Positions 28,678 through 35,846 of a stretch of DNA of 39,537 nucleotides are shown here, one piece after another. Every line of letters begins with the position of its first letter. Positions within the stretch are counted from its first letter, which is position 1. The stretch spans positions 1 through 39,537 of the IMG/VR virus record IMGVR_UViG_3300020469_000101; one strand, 5' to 3'. The DNA comes from a virus (taxonomy: Duplodnaviria > Caudoviricetes). The notes below the pieces were generated by a model, which worked only from the letters and a program-made list of their open reading frames with translations, was not told the origin of the DNA and made no database searches. The position numbers and the translations under genes are program-made.

Positions 28678-28784
28678 TGCGATTATTAATTTTTATTTTA
28701 GTATTATTTACAGCAGTGGCTATCTACACAGACACAGGCGTAGACTTTGAGGATACAAAAACTATAGAGGAGTTAGGGAAATGA
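28677..28784 (+). CDS. Small membrane protein
   Basis: MRLLIFILVLFTAVAIY... 35 aa; AGGA SD; TAATG and ATGA overlaps. Confidence 0.6.
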   Translation: MRLLIFILVLFTAVAIYTDTGVDFEDTKTIEELGK

Positions 28785-28966
28785 GTCCAAGCAATGAAGA
28801 AAAACTTTTAAAAGATATCGAGTTGTTAAGTGTAAAAGTAGACAAGTTGCAATTAACTGTTGAAGCATTAGATAATAAACTTGAAAATCATATTGGCTTT
28901 ATTGACAAAACATATGAAGGCTTACGTAATCCAATTGATGCCGCAAAAAGGTTTTTAAAAAGATGA
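28781..28966 (+). CDS. Small coiled-coil hypothetical protein
   Basis: 61 aa with heptad leucines; GAGGAG SD. Confidence 0.7.
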   Translation: MSPSNEEKLLKDIELLSVKVDKLQLTVEALDNKLENHIGFIDKTYEGLRNPIDAAKRFLKR

Positions 28967-29541
28967 AAGTAAGTCCATTAAATATTTTTGATATTGAGAA
29001 TCCATTTCCAGAATGGCTTGTACAGTATATTGAAGATCAAACTAAAGATGTTAATTGGCAGTTTGTAAGTGTACCGCCAGAACACGAAGACGGAGACAAA
29101 TATAAAACTCCTGCACTGTTTACTGATGTTATGTTCTGTACACAAAGCAACATACTCGATGATCACAAAGAACTTACAAAGTTATTGCACACTGCATTGA
29201 CTCGTGATATTATTCCTAATACAATCCCAGATGCAGAGATTAATCAAGTAACACGTACAAGACTTAATGGTACAGTACAAAACGTTTACTATGGCCCACA
29301 CACTGATGTAAGCAACAACGAGCCCGGACTATGGACATTTGTTTACTATGTTAATGATGCAGACGGTGATACAATCTTCTTTGAAGAAGATGGCAAGACA
29401 GAGTTAACAAGAACAAAATACAAACGAGGAAATGCTGTTCTATTTCCTGCACACTATTGGCACACTATGGACTTGACTACGGTTCCGTTTCGTGTTACAA
29501 TAGGTATGACATATTCAATAGAGACAAAACTAAATGGCTGA
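28963..29541 (+). CDS. 2OG-Fe(II) oxygenase
   Basis: PHTD, YYVNDADGDT, LFPAHYWH, RVTI. Confidence 0.85.
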   Translation: MKVSPLNIFDIENPFPEWLVQYIEDQTKDVNWQFVSVPPEHEDGDKYKTPALFTDVMFCTQSNILDDHKELTKLLHTALTRDIIPNTIPDAEINQVTRTRLNGTVQNVYYGPHTDVSNNEPGLWTFVYYVNDADGDTIFFEEDGKTELTRTKYKRGNAVLFPAHYWHTMDLTTVPFRVTIGMTYSIETKLNG

Positions 29542-29980
29542 TAGATTACCTTTAAAAGATATACTTGGTGCAATCGATATGAATGCAAAAGATGTATGGG
29601 ACGAACTTACTGATGAACAACGTAAGTCTGTTAGTTTCTTTTTGCTTAATAGATATTGTAGTGTAGTTAAAGGTAAACGTGAAGCACAAGAACTTTCAGT
29701 ATTCAAAACTAATGAATATTATAACAAGAACTATTTTACTATTGCAAAACATCAGAAACTATTGTGGCAACTACTTTGCATGACAGCAAACGAAAACAAG
29801 TCTATTCAGTATCATGAATGGATAGGTTACAAAAAGAAAAAAGGTGCTACTAATAAATCAGGTAAAGAACTTGAAAAGATATTTCCTAACATGAAAGCAG
29901 ATGAAATACAAATGTTAGTTAGTATGAATAAGAAGAAAGATATAGAAAAATTTATAGAGGAATTCAATGGGCATAATTAA
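29534..29980 (+). CDS. Probable clamp-loader small subunit (T4 gp62-like)
   Basis: Size and pattern (L.AID, FLLNRYCS, N...N, H..L.W.L, HEWI..KK) recall gp62-family proteins; replication neighbourhood. Not verified. Confidence 0.5.
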   Translation: MADRLPLKDILGAIDMNAKDVWDELTDEQRKSVSFFLLNRYCSVVKGKREAQELSVFKTNEYYNKNYFTIAKHQKLLWQLLCMTANENKSIQYHEWIGYKKKKGATNKSGKELEKIFPNMKADEIQMLVSMNKKKDIEKFIEEFNGHN

Positions 29981-30779
29981 AAAGAACGGAAGACTGTTTA
30001 CATTTGGTTGTAGCCTAACAAGATATCACTGGCCTACATGGGCAGATATCTTAGGACAAAGTTATGCTGAGTTTTACAACTGGGCTAACAGAGGTGCTGG
30101 CAATAGACAGATTATGGAACGGTTTAGTGAAGCATGTTTACGTCATGACTTTACAACTGAGGACACAGTTATTGTACAATGGACTGACTATCATAGATTT
30201 GATCATCACAAGAGTGATCCAGACTTACCTGAGAGTTGGTATCCGGGCGGCAACATATTTGTTGATAATCAAGCAGATCAGATTAAAGGCTTTGTAATGA
30301 ATAAGTTGTGGGACGAACGTTCGTATATGATGCACTCGTTTAACTCTATACACGCCGCAGTAGCACTTGCAAGAACTATTAAAGCAAGAGTAGTTTTTAT
30401 ATTTGGTACTGACATGCGAGAACATTTATTACATGATCCGTATTGGGCACCTTACAAAAAGATTTTACAAAACAGTTATTGGATTGAAAAGGATTTATAT
30501 AACTGGATGGTACAGATGCATGATAAACGTTTATCGTTCAAAGGTGCAAAGTTAGGTAACTTAGATGAGGAACCTACATTAGATTATCACCCAACGCCAA
30601 TGATGTATTATGAATTCCTAATGAAACGCATTTCACCATTGTTAGGTGTAGGGATTGATAAAAAGTTTGCAGGCAAATATCAGAAAGTATTAGAGGCTAC
30701 AGATGACTACAAAGATATCGGAAAAGCAATTCTTGAAGCAGGTTACGATACAAATAAAAGATACGCAAGGGGTTACTAA
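29967..30779 (+). CDS. SGNH-hydrolase-like protein
   Basis: FGCSLT (block I-like), GAGN (block II), VQWT, DYHP (block V-like). Confidence 0.55.
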   Translation: MGIIKKNGRLFTFGCSLTRYHWPTWADILGQSYAEFYNWANRGAGNRQIMERFSEACLRHDFTTEDTVIVQWTDYHRFDHHKSDPDLPESWYPGGNIFVDNQADQIKGFVMNKLWDERSYMMHSFNSIHAAVALARTIKARVVFIFGTDMREHLLHDPYWAPYKKILQNSYWIEKDLYNWMVQMHDKRLSFKGAKLGNLDEEPTLDYHPTPMMYYEFLMKRISPLLGVGIDKKFAGKYQKVLEATDDYKDIGKAILEAGYDTNKRYARGY

Positions 30780-30780
30780 C

Positions 30781-31464
30781 GTGTCAGATAAAAAGTTCGT
30801 ATGTCAATATTGCAATACAGCATACACAAGAGAAAAAACTCTTATGGTGCATATGTGCGAACAAAAACGTAGAGCATTACAAAAGAACGAGAAACGTGTA
30901 CAGTTAGGCTTTTATGCATTTACAAGATTCTATGTACTGTGTCAGAACGTTAAGAAAGAAAAGACTTATGAAGAATTTTGTAAGTCATCATACTATAACG
31001 CATTTGTAAAGTTTGGATCATTTGTAAACAATGTGCGTCCGTTATACCCAGAGAAGTATATTGACTATGTAGTAACAAGCGGAGTCAAACTTGATCATTG
31101 GTGTAGAGATGAACTGTATGAAAAATACGCAATTGGTATCTTAAAGAAAGAAGGTGTTGAAACAGCAGTAGAACGTTCAATCAAAACTATGATGGATTGG
31201 GGAGATGACCAAGAAGCACAATGGAATGATTATTTTAGATATGCAAGTCTTAACAGAGTAACGCAACATTTACGTGATGGTAAGATTAGTGCATGGCTTG
31301 TATTGAATTGTGCAAGTGGTAAAGAGATGTTATCAAAATTTAATGATGAACAACTTGGGATTGTATATGCTGTAATGGATCCACAGCATTGGGCATTACG
31401 TTTTAAACGTAGTCCAACAGACGTAGAATTGGTAAAAGAAATAGCACAAAAGGCTAACTTATGA
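30781..31464 (+). CDS. Hypothetical protein with N-terminal C2HC zinc finger
   Basis: FVCQYCNTAYTREKTLMVHMC; GTG start at 30781 follows the upstream stop and AAGGGG. Confidence 0.7.
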   Translation: MSDKKFVCQYCNTAYTREKTLMVHMCEQKRRALQKNEKRVQLGFYAFTRFYVLCQNVKKEKTYEEFCKSSYYNAFVKFGSFVNNVRPLYPEKYIDYVVTSGVKLDHWCRDELYEKYAIGILKKEGVETAVERSIKTMMDWGDDQEAQWNDYFRYASLNRVTQHLRDGKISAWLVLNCASGKEMLSKFNDEQLGIVYAVMDPQHWALRFKRSPTDVELVKEIAQKANL

Positions 31465-31493
31465 TTGACAAAGACGAAGAAAAACTGTATAAT
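31465..31493 (+). promoter_or_regulatory. Consensus sigma70 promoter
   Basis: TTGACA(31465-70)-N17-TATAAT(31488-93); ATG 6 nt downstream at 31500. Confidence 0.9.
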
Positions 31494-31499
31494 ATAACT

Positions 31500-31835
31500 A
31501 TGAACACACAAAACAATAATGAAATGATAGTGTCAAACCATGTTGGTGTTGACGGAGAAAGTGTAGATAGAATCTATGGAGACCCTAATAGTGGCAAGTA
31601 TAGATTAGTTCAAAGAGACTACACTACCTATAAAGGAACCATTAATAAAAAAATGACTATGGTCAAAGGTACAGACGGTAATCGATTTAAGAGTCATGTG
31701 TTTGTTACACAAGATGATAGATGGTTTGATAGAGGCGGTTTGCCTATCACTAAACCAAACAATTTAGCAAATGAAACAGAAACAAAAGAAACAAAAGAAG
31801 AAGAAAAAAGTAGTATCGAAAAAGCGAGTGACTAA
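31500..31835 (+). CDS. Hypothetical protein
   Basis: Start moved to 31500 because the first 13 codons of the called ORF are the promoter itself; Glu/Lys-rich tail. Confidence 0.7.
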   Translation: MNTQNNNEMIVSNHVGVDGESVDRIYGDPNSGKYRLVQRDYTTYKGTINKKMTMVKGTDGNRFKSHVFVTQDDRWFDRGGLPITKPNNLANETETKETKEEEKSSIEKASD

Positions 31836-31905
31836 AAGAGAAATCGAAGGATACTACATTCCAGGAGATGGTACAATACAAACATTGTACAAACCCAAAT
31901 GGTAA
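31828..31905 (+). CDS. Possible 25-aa micro-protein
   Basis: GTG-start ORF (MTKREIEGYYIPGDGTIQTLYKPKW*) overlapping both neighbours. Confidence 0.35.
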   Translation: MTKREIEGYYIPGDGTIQTLYKPKW

Positions 31906-31991
31906 TACTATACGGAATAATATTTCTATGTGTGTGTTACGCAATACCCGTATTCATGCTATGGTGCATGGACAAGGAAGAGCCTAAATAA
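31899..31991 (+). CDS. Possible 30-aa single-TM protein
   Basis: MVILYGIIFLCVCYAIPVFMLWCMDKEEPK*; ends 1 nt before the dnaE-fragment ATG. Confidence 0.5.
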   Translation: MVILYGIIFLCVCYAIPVFMLWCMDKEEPK

Positions 31992-31992
31992 A

Positions 31993-32553
31993 ATGCCTGA
32001 TATTGATATAGACTTTGCTGATAGAAACGTAGTGCTTGATAAGATTAAGCATCGTGTCGCTAAACTTGACACAGGCAAAAAACATAACACAGGTGTATAC
32101 ACAACTGAGGTTCCACACAATCCTGTGGACAACTTATCTACAATCGAACACAAGACTGCAGAAGAGCGAGGATATTTTAAATTAGACTTCCTCAACGTTT
32201 CGATATATAAAGATGTACAAGATGAAGCACATCTTATTAGACTCATGAAGAAGGAACCATTATGGGATTTACTAACCGCTCCAGAATTCAGCAAACAATT
32301 ATTTCACGTAGGAGAACACAGTTACCTCCTAAGCAAACTAAAGCCAACAACGATACCGCAGTTAGCGGCAGTGCTGGCGATCATAAGACCAGCGAAGAGA
32401 CATCTACAAGACCATGGCTGGGAACAGATACTACAAGAGGTGTGGGTAAAACCTGAAGACGGTTCCTACTACTTTAAGAAAGCACACGCAATGGCGTATG
32501 CCCAAGCAATCGTAGTTCATATGAACTTGCTCTGTGAGCAAATCCAAAAGTAA
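31993..32553 (+). CDS. Minimal DNA polymerase III alpha (DnaE/family C) catalytic fragment
   Basis: MPDIDIDF, HNTGVY, GYFKLDFL, LAIIRP, YYFKKAHAMAYA match DnaE motifs PDxDxDF, HAxGV, KxDFL, RPG, YxFNKSHAxAY, all within 186 aa. Confidence 0.85.
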   Translation: MPDIDIDFADRNVVLDKIKHRVAKLDTGKKHNTGVYTTEVPHNPVDNLSTIEHKTAEERGYFKLDFLNVSIYKDVQDEAHLIRLMKKEPLWDLLTAPEFSKQLFHVGEHSYLLSKLKPTTIPQLAAVLAIIRPAKRHLQDHGWEQILQEVWVKPEDGSYYFKKAHAMAYAQAIVVHMNLLCEQIQK

Positions 32554-32922
32554 TTATTTAGGCTTTTTTACTAATTGTACAGAACGTCTTTTCACTCTCT
32601 TGAGTGTAAGGTTCTTTAAGTTCACAGTTGGCCCGTGAACGATCTTTACGTCTTTACTGTTCATGTTAACCAATGCGTATCTAAACTTATCCATCTCTTT
32701 TCTCAAAAAGATGTTGATAGGGATCATGCGGTTACTTTCCCACCACCATGTTTCACCCATCTCTAAGAACACTGGTTGATGTCCATCTTGTAACTCTGAG
32801 TAAACGTACATGCTTGTAATAAAGTTATCCTGATTACAAACGATACCTACGTACTCATTGCCACCATATGTAACAACACTTAAAAACGGAAATTTATCTT
32901 CTATGTCTTTTCTTAACATCAT
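32554..32922 (-). CDS. Hypothetical protein
   Basis: 122 aa; FPFLS, WWWESNRMIPINIFL, basic tail; AGGA SD. Confidence 0.8.
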   Translation of the reverse strand: MMLRKDIEDKFPFLSVVTYGGNEYVGIVCNQDNFITSMYVYSELQDGHQPVFLEMGETWWWESNRMIPINIFLRKEMDKFRYALVNMNSKDVKIVHGPTVNLKNLTLKRVKRRSVQLVKKPK

Positions 32923-32926
32923 ATCC

Positions 32927-32934
32927 TATAAATA
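32927..32934 (+). promoter_or_regulatory. Perfect T4 late promoter TATAAATA
   Basis: TATAAATA-GTTAT-ATG(32940). Confidence 0.8.
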
Positions 32935-32939
32935 GTTAT

Positions 32940-33728
32940 ATGCAACTTATACCCAGATATTTAGTCAATGCCAAAACCACTCTCGTAGCAAATGTGACTA
33001 CGGGCACAACAACGGAGTTAAGACAAGTGTACCAGAAAAACTTAAAAATTTTTAAAGGTATCGACAACATGTTGACCTTTGAAATAAAAAACAACGACAG
33101 TAAGCCTATAAGCATACTTAATACGTATACGCCACACTTTACAGCGTTCGATCATGCTAAAACACAAGTGCTTACTAAAATAGGAACAATTAAAGAAACA
33201 TCAACGCCTAACTATAAAGGTCAGTTTGAAGTTAGTATTACTGCAAACGACTTATTAAACTTAGACGATCAGTTACTAACTTATACAATTTACTTGACTA
33301 AGGACAGTGACAACAGTGAAGTACTTACGTATGCTAACACCCACTTTGAGATGATTGGTACCATCGAGTTGCACGGTGAAGCATTCCCTGGACCGAAAGA
33401 CACATACTCCGTTAGTTCTTTCACAGAGATAGAAAACACTGATCCTGTTGAATATAAGAGCGAACAGATCACAGCAGAAGCGGCACGTAATGGTAACGAA
33501 GCATTACATACTGCGGCAATATACTCAACTGACTTTATAGGTACAGTAACTATTCAAGGTAGTTTGGAAAACCAAAATCCAACTAATTGGGTAGACATTA
33601 CAACTGTAAATTTAGAAAATCCAACTGACCCTACTCCAGTTAATTTTAATGGTGTGTTTTCATATTTGAGAACCAAATATACAACAACAAATTCTGGAAC
33701 AATTGATAAAGTATTAGTCCGAAATTAG
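32940..33728 (+). CDS. Probable virion structural protein (beta-rich)
   Basis: Thr/Asn-rich, beta-strand pattern (IFKGIDNMLTFEIKN, GTVTIQGSL...W), late promoter. Confidence 0.6.
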   Translation: MQLIPRYLVNAKTTLVANVTTGTTTELRQVYQKNLKIFKGIDNMLTFEIKNNDSKPISILNTYTPHFTAFDHAKTQVLTKIGTIKETSTPNYKGQFEVSITANDLLNLDDQLLTYTIYLTKDSDNSEVLTYANTHFEMIGTIELHGEAFPGPKDTYSVSSFTEIENTDPVEYKSEQITAEAARNGNEALHTAAIYSTDFIGTVTIQGSLENQNPTNWVDITTVNLENPTDPTPVNFNGVFSYLRTKYTTTNSGTIDKVLVRN

Positions 33729-33757
33729 TTGACTTCTGATGCAAATGATACTATAAT
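33729..33757 (+). promoter_or_regulatory. Sigma70-type early promoter
   Basis: TTGACT(33729-34)-N17-TATAAT(33752-57); ATG 6 nt downstream. Confidence 0.88.
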
Positions 33758-33763
33758 AGTATT

Positions 33764-34720
33764 ATGAGCATTGTATTCGAGACACTACAGTTACATCTAC
33801 CTACTAAGAAGAAAACTACTCCAAGTGGTTGGACTTCTTTCAATGCACCTTGTTGTGTACACAACGGAACCAATGCTGACAAAAGACAACGTGGCGGACT
33901 AATCAATAACGGCGAAGGTGGTATAAGTTATCATTGTTTCAACTGTGGCTTCAAAGCAAGTTGGGTTCCAGGCAGACAGTTAAGTTACAAAATGCGTAAA
34001 CTGTTTCAATGGTTAAACACACCCGATGATGTAGTAACTAAACTTGCACTACAATGTTTACAGATTGCTGAAGTAGGTATTAGTAACGTTGAAATAAAAC
34101 TTCCTAAGTTTGATATTAAAGAATTACCTAAAGATGCTAAACCTATTAACAATGATACACCGTTAGAAGTCATACAGTATCTACAAACAAGAAACTTATA
34201 CTTAGAAGATTATAACTTTCATTGGTCACCTGAATTAAAAGATAGATTAATCATTCCGTTCTATCACAAAAATGAAATAGTAGGATACACTGCACGTAAA
34301 GTTAAAGATGGTAATCCGAAATATCTAAGTGATCAACAACCTGGATATGTATTCAATATTGATGCACAACATTATACTCGTGTGCTTACTATTGTTGTAG
34401 AAGGTCCTTTTGATGCAATAGCAGTAGAAGGCTGTGCATTACTGGGTAGCGAAATCAAAGATCAACAGGCCATGCTCCTCAATAGTTTAAATACAAATAA
34501 GATAGTTGTGCCTGATAGAGACGAAGCAGGTGCTAAACTTGTAGACCAAGCAATAGAACTTGGCTGGAGTGTTAGTATGCCCGAATGGGGTAACAACATA
34601 AACGATGTGAATGATGCTGTAAATGAATATGGCAAAATGTACACATTGTATTCAATTGTGTCAGCAAGTGAAAAGAACGAATTAAAAATTAAACTACGGA
34701 GCAAAAAATGGTTTGGTTAA
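33764..34720 (+). CDS. DNA primase (T4 gp61/DnaG-like)
   Basis: Zn-binding PCCVH...HCFNC, RLIIP, GYTAR, PKYL, TOPRIM VVEGPFDA, PDRD, DVND. Confidence 0.92.
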   Translation: MSIVFETLQLHLPTKKKTTPSGWTSFNAPCCVHNGTNADKRQRGGLINNGEGGISYHCFNCGFKASWVPGRQLSYKMRKLFQWLNTPDDVVTKLALQCLQIAEVGISNVEIKLPKFDIKELPKDAKPINNDTPLEVIQYLQTRNLYLEDYNFHWSPELKDRLIIPFYHKNEIVGYTARKVKDGNPKYLSDQQPGYVFNIDAQHYTRVLTIVVEGPFDAIAVEGCALLGSEIKDQQAMLLNSLNTNKIVVPDRDEAGAKLVDQAIELGWSVSMPEWGNNINDVNDAVNEYGKMYTLYSIVSASEKNELKIKLRSKKWFG

Positions 34721-34830
34721 AAACATTGTGGGATAAGATCACTAAACCGATTAGTGATTGGAATGATAAGCGTAGAATGAAAAAGCGGATTGAAGAACTT
34801 AAGAAACGTGATCCTTTCATTTACAAATGA
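34708..34830 (+). CDS. 40-aa basic micro-protein
   Basis: MVWLKTLWDKITKPISDWNDKRRMKKRIEELKKRDPFIYK*; GGAG SD; fills the primase-carbamoyltransferase gap; absent from the ORF track. Confidence 0.7.
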   Translation: MVWLKTLWDKITKPISDWNDKRRMKKRIEELKKRDPFIYK

Positions 34831-34850
34831 GAATGCCTGGAGATAAAACT

Positions 34851-35846
34851 ATGATCATATGGGGTATGGTTGGAAACAGCCACGATGCAAGTTTGGCTGT
34901 GTTCAGAAAGACAGAGAACAAGTTAGAATTGTTATGGGCGGCATTGAGCAAAGACTTCAGTAACGTAGATAATGATCCGCATTTCAATTGGACTATAATT
35001 GAAGTTGCAAGAAAGAACTTTGGTGACCCAGACCAAGTTGTATGGTATGAGAATCCATTTACAAAAAGTCTTAGACAGTTATGGGCTGGACAAGGTTTCT
35101 TGTTTAAAGAAAATAATATTAAAGCATACTTGAAGCAGTGGAACATTGATGTTCCTATTAAGTATGTACCACATCACTTATCACATGCGGCATATGGATA
35201 TTACACAAGCGGTTGGAATCACGGTAACGTAATATGTATTGACAGCATTGGAGAGTTTGAAACACTAACAATGTGGAGAGGTGATGGAGATACATTAACA
35301 AAAATTAGTAGTCAAAGTTATCCTAACAGTTTAGGACTTTGGTATAGTGCAATGACACAACGTTTAGGTTATACACCTAACAAGCAAGAAGCAGTTATTA
35401 GTACGTTAGCAAAGTCAGGTAACCCATACAAGTACAAGCAAAAACTGTATGACGATTTCTTTGAAGTAACATATGATCCATTATGTAAAATTAAATTTAA
35501 AGAGAACTGCCATAGAGGATTAAGATGGTATGCTCCTGAGATTAAGGACATTGACAACCTTGCGGCAAGTGTACAACATGTGTTTGAAGACCTGTGTATG
35601 AAACTTACTACAAGCATACAATACAATAACCCAAGTACCAATCTTGCTGTAACAGGAGGTTGTGCTTTGAACAGAGGCGCAATGGACAAGATTAGAAAGA
35701 ACTGGAGAGGCTTTTGGATACCAACCAATCCAGGTGATCCAGGAAGTTGTATCGGAGCAGTATTGGCTTTGGAGAAGAAACACATTGACTTTGATGAAGA
35801 AATATGGTATAATAATAAGACAAAAAAAGGATTAGCGAATGAATAA
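34851..35846 (+). CDS. Carbamoyltransferase (NodU/CmcH/TobZ family), N-terminal Kae1-like domain only
   Basis: HDAS, HHLSHAA, CIDSIGE, SLGLWYS, AASVQ, GGCALN, PGDPGSCIGA; the ORF ends there. GGAG SD supports ATG 34851. Confidence 0.85.
   Translation: MIIWGMVGNSHDASLAVFRKTENKLELLWAALSKDFSNVDNDPHFNWTIIEVARKNFGDPDQVVWYENPFTKSLRQLWAGQGFLFKENNIKAYLKQWNIDVPIKYVPHHLSHAAYGYYTSGWNHGNVICIDSIGEFETLTMWRGDGDTLTKISSQSYPNSLGLWYSAMTQRLGYTPNKQEAVISTLAKSGNPYKYKQKLYDDFFEVTYDPLCKIKFKENCHRGLRWYAPEIKDIDNLAASVQHVFEDLCMKLTTSIQYNNPSTNLAVTGGCALNRGAMDKIRKNWRGFWIPTNPGDPGSCIGAVLALEKKHIDFDEEIWYNNKTKKGLANE
35785..35813 (+). promoter_or_regulatory. Sigma70-type promoter with extended -10, inside the upstream CDS
   Basis: TTGACT(35785-90)-N17-TATAAT(35808-13), with TG in extended -10 position; upstream of the helicase. 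Confidence 0.82.

Noticed and set aside
31461-31499. Called start MIDKDEEKLYNIT
   Set aside because: These codons spell the TTGACA-N17-TATAAT promoter; ATG 31500 is the better start, although read-through translation via the ATGA overlap cannot be excluded.
31985-31990. TAAATA before the mini-dnaE ATG
   Set aside because: Only 2 nt from the ATG and explained by the Pro-Lys-stop codons of the upstream micro-ORF.
31930-31992. N-terminal extension of the DnaE fragment, or a frameshift joining it to upstream ORFs
   Set aside because: The upstream frames contain no PHP or GxGRGS motif; a separate TM micro-ORF explains the region.
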